Assembly: GCA_965237485.1 (NCBI GenBank)
Contig: CBDEFQ010000005.1
Coordinates: 430 to 64,429, forward strand
Reading direction: 5' to 3'
Length of the DNA stretch: 64,000 nucleotides
DNA from: Candidatus Poriferihabitaceae bacterium
Lineage (GTDB): Bacteria > Pseudomonadota > Gammaproteobacteria > Arenicellales > Poriferihabitantaceae
Numbering within the stretch: the stretch's first letter is position 1; every line of letters begins with the position of its first letter. The notes beneath the pieces were generated by a model, which was not told the DNA's origin, ran no database searches, and worked only from the letters and a program-made list of their open reading frames with translations. A program made the translations under genes and the position numbers. Positions 56,740 to 64,000 of the stretch are shown in pieces.

Positions 56740-58802
56740 GTAACTTCTCAATAACCCGTGGCAAAGCTGGCGCGTTCCATAATGATATCTGGCAGAGGAT
56801 CAATATGTTGCTCACCGATACCAAGTCGATGGGTCAGGTAGTGCCAGAACGATATATCCAGTTTTCGGCAGGTCTTTTTCAAACTGGCAAACGTGTCCCG
56901 ACACTGCTGGCCAGCATCGCTGCGGGTGGAGCCACTCACTTTTCGTTTTTTCACGTAATCGCGAATGTCTGTTTCACTGCCATTGGTGTGTAACGGAATA
57001 TCTGGTCGATCTAGCACCAACAGTAATTCTGCTTTATTCGCATGGATTCGTTTGAGCGTCTGATTTAACCTAGATAAATCAGTTAAAACACGAAAGTCCA
57101 TGCAAGCTCTTGATGCACCTAGCAAAATCAAAAAAAACCTTATCACCAATAAGGTGACCGCGACTTTTTTGATTTCACTATGCACTTCAATTGCTTACAT
57201 GTCTTTTCCGCGTTTAACTGATTTATCTAGGTTTAATGTTTGGTAGCATGTCTGTTGAGTGAAGATTTCATCGAAACGCTGCTCAAGTATTTTACGTTGG
57301 TTCTCGCAAGGCTGGGTTTTATACTCTTTAACGCCCGATAAAAGCACCAGACTTGGTCGCGTATTTTAGCCATGCCCTGCCGGTGTCCCTCGTTCAGCGG
57401 TATCAACTTATGGATTAAGCGCTCGGTGTGTATCCAACACAAGGCATGAGCCAAAATGTTAAATTGCCCTGCATCATCACTGACGACAACGATGTCATCA
57501 CACAGACCATGATGCAAAATACTACCAAGTAATGCCCCTTCGGTGGTGATACGTCGGTGACGTGCCTTAATGATCAACAGGCTATCGAGCATTTCAAGCC
57601 AGTCATCCTCGTTGGCAATACGGCGTTCCCGGTGCTCAGTTACAGCGGCTAAGGCTTGCTTTGGCAATCCATGTTGTTGCCTATAATTCAACGCACTTTG
57701 ACTCAAACGATAATCCGTATTGCCAGCCCTTAATAGCGGTAGGAAGTTAATTCGACTTTTTGATTGAGTACTTTTAAACCACGCAAACAAGTCATTGCCA
57801 ATGTGCGTTACATAGCCATTTTTGCCCTGATGGCGAGCACCACTATCGTCCACGGTCACGTAAGACGATGCGCTCAGAGCAACGCCTCTTTCTCAGCATG
57901 AAAGGGCTCTTTAGTGCTGATCAGTATTGGGTTAATTTGTCCCGAAGAAATATCAATTCCCCACTCTCGCAACTGTTCCAACAAGAGTGGTTGCGTGGTT
58001 TGACAATGATGATATTGATAGAGAATATAACTGACCAGACGAGGCCCATAATGTCGCCCTGCCACGGATGTCGGTAACTGGCCTTTGAGCTTTTTATTGT
58101 CTGGCGTTACCCAATGCGCTAAACGATAGCGGGTGGTATGAACCTTGATAAGCAAATCTTGCACTACAAAATCCCGATAGCCTTTAAAGCGAGAACCTTC
58201 GGGCACGGACTTCGCTGGTTCAATAACCCGATTTAGGTCAATTGACAGCCTTGGTGTTTTCTTTGCCTTGTTCGACCCAGCTCGCTGCTTAGGTTTGTCG
58301 CTAGAAGATGAACGTTTTGGCTCTGTTTTCTTATCCATATTACCGCCCTTAAAAGTAGGCCGCCTCTTCTGCCCCTTAAGGATATTGATTTCATCTTTAA
58401 GCAATGCTATTTCTTCGTCCTGTTGTTGAACTCGCACCAACAGCTGCTCCACTAGCACCCGCAACATTTTTACTGCGGGGGTTTGTTCTTGTTCAGGAAT
58501 GTCGGGAATAGAGGGTAGCTTACTCAAGGTCTTAAACGTCCGTTAACTGGATAGACCTTAGTGTACCATCGGTTTTGAAAGTCCAATTTTGCCTTCTCAA
58601 CTGCGCCACAACGAACGTTAAGAAGACACCCCTGAACGTCCTTAAGCGATCTTTGTTATTAGCGTAAAGGGGCCTACAACCACCCTGGAACTCAACCTAA
58701 ATCGAGTCACTCGACCACGTTGAATTACCTTCCTTTTATCGTAAAACCCTGTCAAGAAATATTTTGTTTTATTTTACCTGCCACGGGTTATTGAGAAGTT
58801 AC
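56740..58802 (-). mobile_element. IS66-family element, copy 2 (frameshifted, MITE inserted)
   Basis: Same 24-bp IRs; transposase in pieces 57874-58527, 57233-57859 and 56748-57068; flanks not duplicated. Confidence 0.88.
57069..57231. mobile_element. 163-bp MITE subfamily A in the IS66 transposase
   Basis: Near-identical to 12892-13054; 5-bp DR TTTAA. Confidence 0.9.
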
Positions 58803-58933
58803 GCGGCATGTTCGAAACCATGGCGGTTACGATTTTCTTCGGGCTACTATTTGGATCAGTCATTACCCTAATCATCGTGCCCGCTTTGTATGCGATTTTC
58901 TTTAGAGTGCCAACCCCGATTAAAACTGCTTAA
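58803..58933 (+). pseudogene. C-terminal remnant of an RND (AcrB-family) efflux permease
   Basis: Manual translation GMFETMAVTIFFGLLFGSVITLIIVPALYAIFFRVPTPIKTA*, resembling the last TM helix of RND pumps. Confidence 0.7.
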
Positions 58934-58958
58934 TTGGTGGCTAAATAGCTAATTCGGG

Positions 58959-59438
58959 CTAGGCCAAGGGATGAATGAGATGAAGAATAATGTTAGCAAA
59001 AATGCCAGCAACCACATCATCTATCATAATGCCGAAGCCGCCAGCCACGCGACGGTCCAAATATGCTATTGGCCAAGGCTTTAGAATATCGAACAATCTA
59101 AACAAAATGAAGCCGAGCACCAAGGTCTGTAGGGAAATAGGGATCCATAACATGGTTAACCACATACCAACAAATTCGTCCCATACAATACCGCCGTGGT
59201 CGTGTTCTCCGAGTGCCTCTGAAGCTTTGTCACATATATAAATGCCAGCAGCAAAGCTAAATATACACAATATTAAGTAAGTAACAGATTGTGTTTGGGT
59301 GTAAAAAACGAACGGTGCTAGCGACGCTAAGGTGCCCGCCGTGCCCGGTGCTTTGGGAGATAAGCCAGTGCCAAAACCCGTTGCTAATAGCACCCACGGG
59401 TTCTTTAACTCACTTATATTGATGATGCGTTTAGGCAC
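58959..59438 (-). CDS. pgpA: Phosphatidylglycerophosphatase A
   Basis: GTGLSPKAPGT, IVWDEFVG and FRLFDILKPWPI motifs. Confidence 0.96.
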   Translation of the reverse strand: MPKRIINISELKNPWVLLATGFGTGLSPKAPGTAGTLASLAPFVFYTQTQSVTYLILCIFSFAAGIYICDKASEALGEHDHGGIVWDEFVGMWLTMLWIPISLQTLVLGFILFRLFDILKPWPIAYLDRRVAGGFGIMIDDVVAGIFANIILHLIHPLA

Positions 59439-59444
59439 CCTTAA

Positions 59445-59858
59445 CTACGTGATAGCTCGGGATTTAACAATGCTATCCAACACGCCATTAACGTACTTAT
59501 AACCTTGCTCAGAACAAAACAGTTTTGAAATTTCGATTCCCTCGTTTAAAACAACGCTATGCGGGATATCAGTTTCATAGATAAGTTCGTAGGCGCCCAC
59601 CCTAAGAATAGCCTTCTCTAAAGGGTCGATATTCATAATGGGGCGATCAAGATGCGTGCCGACCAGTGCGTCGATTTCTTTGATGTTGCTGGTAATTCCT
59701 TTTAGCATTTTGCCAAAGTATTCTAAGTATCGACCGGTAAGGCGATCATCAAATATAAAGCTTCTGCGAATGCTGTCAGCATCTTGCTTGGTGATGTCCC
59801 ACTGATATAAGGCTTGCACGACATTACGTCGTGCTAGATGTCGGCCGCTAGTTGCCAT
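59445..59858 (-). CDS. nusB: Transcription antitermination factor NusB
   Basis: ARRNVVQALYQW, EKAILR and YVNGVLD motifs. Confidence 0.95.
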   Translation of the reverse strand: MATSGRHLARRNVVQALYQWDITKQDADSIRRSFIFDDRLTGRYLEYFGKMLKGITSNIKEIDALVGTHLDRPIMNIDPLEKAILRVGAYELIYETDIPHSVVLNEGIEISKLFCSEQGYKYVNGVLDSIVKSRAIT

Positions 59859-59917
59859 TACAAGCTCGCATTGTTAAAGAACCTATTATCGAACGCAGAC
59901 ACTCAGCCTGCACCAGC

Positions 59918-60391
59918 TTAGGAAGACTGCTTGATCTCGTCCAGTACGTTAATCATTTCAAGTGCAGCAATCGCAGCCTCTGTACCTTTGTTACCGGCTT
60001 TAGTACCCGCTCGCTCAATCGCTTGCTCGATAGTATCTACCGTTAGTACGCCAAAAATTACAGGAATTGAATACGCAGTTGCTAAATGGGCTACGCCGCC
60101 TGCGCATTCACCTGCGACGATATCAAAGTGGGGCGTCGCACCGCGAATTACCGCGCCTAAAGTAATGATGGCGTCGTAACGCTCGGTTTCGATCATCGCC
60201 TTAGCTGCCGTTGGAATTTCAAACGCACCTGGCACCCACGCGCAGTGGATGTTGTCTGAGTTCACACCGTGGCGAACCAATAAGTCTTGTGCACCCTTTA
60301 GTAAACCGTCGGTAATAAACTCGTTAAACCTGCCCGCGACAATACCGAATTTAACGTCGCCCGCAACCAGTGAACCTTTAATTTCTTTCAT
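59918..60391 (-). CDS. ribH: 6,7-dimethyl-8-ribityllumazine synthase
   Basis: VPGAFEIP and [11 protein letters not shown] motifs; start at MKEIKG. Confidence 0.96.
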   Translation of the reverse strand: MKEIKGSLVAGDVKFGIVAGRFNEFITDGLLKGAQDLLVRHGVNSDNIHCAWVPGAFEIPTAAKAMIETERYDAIITLGAVIRGATPHFDIVAGECAGGVAHLATAYSIPVIFGVLTVDTIEQAIERAGTKAGNKGTEAAIAALEMINVLDEIKQSS

Positions 60392-61556
60392 TTTGTTTCC
60401 ACTTTTCATAACTTTCATACTCTGGGAGATACTCACTGATCTCCAAACCGAAACCAGATAATGCATAAGCCTTTCTCTCTCGCCCCAATACAGCGAGTTT
60501 ACCCACGCCCTGATCTGCCAATATTTGCCCACCCGCGCCTAACATACGTAGAGATTTATTTAGTTCACCGTTTTTATTGCTGGTTTTTGGGACATCTCCG
60601 CTACGTGCATCTGAGCGTTCATGGTTTTGCATACGGGATACCAGCTCATCTTTATGCTCATTATACGCTAATAAGGTTAATACGCCCTGCCCCGATTCGG
60701 CGATCGCTTTCATGCTGTCATCTATGCTCCAAGTAGATCGGTTTTCTGGGGTGACGACCATATCAAATAACCCGCGATGTACGTGAACACGTACCAAACT
60801 AGTGGAGTCTGCTCGTACATCTCCATAACTAAGCGCCATGTGGACATCGCCTTCTACTTGGTCTTCGTACACGGTTGCAGTAAATTCACCATATGCAGTA
60901 TTTAGCTTAGACTGTTCGACTCGCGCCACAGTTGGGTCGTTCTTCATGCGGTATTCGATTAAATCTGCAATCGTGCCAACTTTAAGACCATGCTCTTTCG
61001 CGTAGGGTATTAAGTCAGATAGCCGAGCCATGGTGCCATCAGGTTTCAGAATTTCACATATCACGCTCGCCGGCTCATAACCCGCAAGCCGCGCCATATC
61101 TACGCCCGCCTCTGTGTGCCCGGCTCTGGTCAAAACACCACCGGGGCGCGCTTTGATTGGAAATATATGCCCCGGCATGACGATATCGGCGGGTACAGCA
61201 TTGCGCTTAACTGCCGCGCGAATGGTCGTAGCTCTGTCTCCGGCTGAAATGCCTGTCGTGACGCCTTCTGCAGCTTCTATGGAAATTGTGAATGCGGTCG
61301 AAAATCGTGCATTATTCATGCTAACCATCAACGGCAAATCAAGCTGTTGGCTGCGTTCTTCGGTGATCGTCAAGCAAATTAAGCCGCGGCCATGTGTGGC
61401 CATAAAGTTAATAGCATCGTCAGTCACACAATCTGCAGCAATGAGCAAGTCACCCTCGTTTTCACGGTCTTCATCATCAACTAACACCACCATTTTACCT
61501 TGCCGATAGTCGGCTAGGATGTCTTTTATTGGGTCGATTTTAAGTTGTTCAGACAT
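60378..61556 (-). CDS. ribB: DHBP synthase with a degenerate GTP cyclohydrolase II-like domain (RibBA/RibBX)
   Basis: [10 protein letters not shown] and RAGHTEA motifs; C-domain has VRVH but lacks the Zn-binding Cys residues. Confidence 0.92.
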   Translation of the reverse strand: MSEQLKIDPIKDILADYRQGKMVVLVDDEDRENEGDLLIAADCVTDDAINFMATHGRGLICLTITEERSQQLDLPLMVSMNNARFSTAFTISIEAAEGVTTGISAGDRATTIRAAVKRNAVPADIVMPGHIFPIKARPGGVLTRAGHTEAGVDMARLAGYEPASVICEILKPDGTMARLSDLIPYAKEHGLKVGTIADLIEYRMKNDPTVARVEQSKLNTAYGEFTATVYEDQVEGDVHMALSYGDVRADSTSLVRVHVHRGLFDMVVTPENRSTWSIDDSMKAIAESGQGVLTLLAYNEHKDELVSRMQNHERSDARSGDVPKTSNKNGELNKSLRMLGAGGQILADQGVGKLAVLGRERKAYALSGFGLEISEYLPEYESYEKWKQNERN

Positions 61557-61580
61557 AGTACAAATTAGTCATAAAAAGAG

Positions 61581-62201
61581 CTAACTATTACGAGTTTCGT
61601 AGGTGCGCATTCTATCAAGATATCGCGCGATTACATCAATTTCTATGTGCGCTTCACAGCCTATTTGCAAGGCACCTAATGAGGTAACTTGGAGTGTGTG
61701 AGGAACCAATGTGACCGATATAATGCTGTGGTCAGCATCATCGCTTACAATACGGTTAGTGGTTAAGCTGACTCCATTAATGCAAATGGAGCCTTTATTA
61801 GCGACAAACTTCGCCAGCGCAGCAGGTACGCGAAAATGCATTTCGGTTGCATCACCTTGATCAATTACGTCAACAACTTGGCCTAATCCATCTACGTGAC
61901 CCGTTACTAAATGACCACCTAGCGGTGTTGATAAATTCAATGCGAGTTCTAAATTGACATCTTGCCCTTCTTCCCAAGCGCCGATATTGGTTTTGGTCAA
62001 GCTTTCCAAAGAAACATCGAAACTACCTAAACCCGCGTTATTTTCTACAACCGTTAAACACGCACCGTTAACCGCCACACTGTCGCCAATTTGGATGTTT
62101 TCGATCTCCAAAGAAGATAAATCTATCACTAAGCGACAACCTTGTTCATCGATGCGATGCTGTTTAATAGTGCCAAGCGCTTGAACGATTCCGGTGAACA
62201 T
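61581..62201 (-). CDS. ribE: Riboflavin synthase alpha chain
   Basis: MFTGIV, NGACLTV and GGHLVTGHVDG motifs. Confidence 0.95.
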   Translation of the reverse strand: MFTGIVQALGTIKQHRIDEQGCRLVIDLSSLEIENIQIGDSVAVNGACLTVVENNAGLGSFDVSLESLTKTNIGAWEEGQDVNLELALNLSTPLGGHLVTGHVDGLGQVVDVIDQGDATEMHFRVPAALAKFVANKGSICINGVSLTTNRIVSDDADHSIISVTLVPHTLQVTSLGALQIGCEAHIEIDVIARYLDRMRTYETRNS

Positions 62202-62208
62202 TGATTTT

Positions 62209-63324
62209 TCAGGCTAAGGTCAGCTTTAAATCGCGGCCTATCATCCGCGTGTCTTTGATTTCAAATGATAGTTTATCAGCCATCGCTAACAACCCAGTGG
62301 TTTTAAATGCGTTACGTGCATCGCTACCCAGAATATCCGGCGCCATATAAACAATAATCTCATCGACTAAACCTTGTTGTATAAACGCACCTGACAACGT
62401 CGCCCCTGCCTCCACCAACAGTTGGTTAATTTCGCGTTTTGCCAATTCAGTAAGTGCGGCAAATAAATCAATTTTGTTATTTTCGCAAAGTGGTGCTTCA
62501 AATACTTCGACTGACGTCGCTGCTCGGTTTTGATTCCCCGTAGCAGGGCCTTGAGCTTGCATAATCAAGGTGCGGCCTACTTCGTTTAACATCTTCGCAC
62601 TAGAAGGCATTCTCCCTTGGGTATCCAAGACCACTCGCAATGGCTGGCGCTTTACCTCATCAATACGTGCTGTCATTTTCGGGTCATCCGCTAAAACGGT
62701 ATCAATGCCCGTTAGCACCGCACCGGCTTCTAACCGAAGACGATGAACATCCTCTCGAGCTTGTTGTGAAGTAATCCACTGGCTTTCACCATTTGCCATC
62801 GCTGTATGGCCATCTAGGCTCATGGCTATTTTTAACTGTACAAAGGGCCGATTGGTGCGCATACGGTGAAAAAATGCCCGATTCATTTGCAGTGCCTCGG
62901 CCTCACCCACACCGACCTGAACTTCAATACCTGCCTGCTTGAGCGCTTTAATACCGTTTCCCGCGACTAGTGGATTGGCATCCAAGGTTGCCACCACAAC
63001 CCGCGTTGGCGCTGCATTAATTAATGCTTCTGTACAGGGGCCAGTTCTACCCGTGTGGCAACAAGGCTCTAAGCTCACGTATACCGTGGCACCGCGAACT
63101 TCACCTACAGTATTGAGCGCATTAATTTCCGCATGTGGACCACCTGCAGGAGAAGTAAATCCTTCGCCAACAATTTGCTGATCTTTGACAATTACACAGC
63201 CTACATGAGGGTTTGGTTGACTATCGTAGCGCCCGTGCTTAGCCAAATTAAGTGCATGGGCCATATACTTGGCATCAACAATAGATTGTTGTTTACCGGA
63301 ATCGGCAGCTTCAATGACCGTCAT
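62209..63324 (-). CDS. ribD: Riboflavin biosynthesis deaminase/reductase
   Basis: PNPHVGC, HAE, LEPCCHTGRTGPC and SLDG motifs. Confidence 0.96.
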   Translation of the reverse strand: MTVIEAADSGKQQSIVDAKYMAHALNLAKHGRYDSQPNPHVGCVIVKDQQIVGEGFTSPAGGPHAEINALNTVGEVRGATVYVSLEPCCHTGRTGPCTEALINAAPTRVVVATLDANPLVAGNGIKALKQAGIEVQVGVGEAEALQMNRAFFHRMRTNRPFVQLKIAMSLDGHTAMANGESQWITSQQAREDVHRLRLEAGAVLTGIDTVLADDPKMTARIDEVKRQPLRVVLDTQGRMPSSAKMLNEVGRTLIMQAQGPATGNQNRAATSVEVFEAPLCENNKIDLFAALTELAKREINQLLVEAGATLSGAFIQQGLVDEIIVYMAPDILGSDARNAFKTTGLLAMADKLSFEIKDTRMIGRDLKLTLA

Positions 63325-63346
63325 CAGTAGGCAATTTAATGAAAGT

Positions 63347-63865
63347 CTAAGCCCGCTTAGGTCGTGGCTTTGGAATAATTTTTAATTCAGCCGAGACGCT
63401 AGGTTCTGCGGGCAATACATCTTTGAGTTTTTGCACCAATTCGTTGAATTCATCTAAATCCTGGAAGCGTCGATATACGGAAGCGAAGCGCACATAGGCC
63501 ACCTCATCCAACTCACGCAGTTCATCCATCACGATTGCGCCAATTTCTTGGGTGCGAATTTCATCTTCTCCCGAAAACGAAAATTTACGTAACAAGCGTT
63601 GGATAGCTGATTTGATTTGTTCTTGATTGATGGGCCGCTTTTGAAGAGCGATAGAGAAGCCATCACGCAGCTTTTGTTCGCTAAATTTTTCATGTTTACC
63701 GTCAGATTTAATCACCTGGGGCAAGTGCAGTTCAACGCGCTCGTAGGTTGTGTATCGCTCAGAACAATCTTGGCAAACACGACGCCTACGTACGGTTTCA
63801 CCAGAATCACTTTCACGTGAATCAATCACTCGGGTATCTTCAGACTGGCAAAATGGGCAGCGCAT
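63347..63865 (-). CDS. nrdR: Transcriptional repressor NrdR
   Basis: MRCPFC, RRRRVC and VAYVRFASVY motifs. Confidence 0.97.
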   Translation of the reverse strand: MRCPFCQSEDTRVIDSRESDSGETVRRRRVCQDCSERYTTYERVELHLPQVIKSDGKHEKFSEQKLRDGFSIALQKRPINQEQIKSAIQRLLRKFSFSGEDEIRTQEIGAIVMDELRELDEVAYVRFASVYRRFQDLDEFNELVQKLKDVLPAEPSVSAELKIIPKPRPKRA

Positions 63866-63901
63866 AGTTCGAGATTAACTCAAAATGCTTTAAAAAGTGC
63901 T

Positions 63902-64000
63902 TTAGACTAGTGCCTTTACGTCATCTTCCTCTTTTTCAGCTGGCATCATGTGTTCGCGCTGAATGCCTAGTGCCAATACAGACGGACTGGCTACATAAAT
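63902..64000 (-). CDS. secF: Probable SecF C-terminus (runs off window)
   Basis: Manual translation IYVASPSVLALGIQREHMMPAEKEEDDVKALV*. Confidence 0.6.
   Translation of the reverse strand: MYVASPSVLALGIQREHMMPAEKEEDDVKALV

Noticed and set aside
54582-56993. 803-aa ORF that looks like a full-length GcvT-family protein
   Set aside because: The last ~84 codons are read-through into the antisense strand of IS66 (same text as ORF 44219-44491); the near-native length is coincidental
60378-60960. Degenerate GTP cyclohydrolase II domain as a pseudogene
   Set aside because: The ORF is intact, and RibBX-type fusions lacking the Zn ligands are common in proteobacteria

Overview
Gammaproteobacteria-like chromosome window, heavily invaded by insertion sequences: about 21 IS copies or remnants from about 10 families, plus 4 MITEs. 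This load resembles host-restricted bacteria in early genome erosion. Core genes are lpxH'-cysS on the left and argC, rpsT, proB-obgE-rpmA-rplU, sahR-like, tag, cysH, a catabolic cluster and pgpA-nusB-ribH-ribBA-ribE-ribD-nrdR-'secF on the right. They flank a ~31 kb mobile zone at a dif-like XerCD site (14215-14242). Four structures stand out. (1) A 12.4 kb nest of elements that can be fully resolved from target-site duplications. (2) Inside it, an IS1595-family element with perfect 26-bp IRs and an 8-bp DR carrying a Type II restriction-modification pair in a translationally coupled operon with its transposase. (3) A capsid-less, internally duplicated inovirus-like satellite (phage X/gpII-type Rep, SSB-like, RHH-like, XRE repressor), bounded by dif and a CTX-phage-style pair of inverted dif-like sites. 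(4) A 163-bp MITE family with IS1380-type ends whose net insertion is 168 bp (frame-preserving) and whose two diverged subfamilies keep colinear open frames. All boundaries were read by eye; family names come from motif recognition, not database searches.
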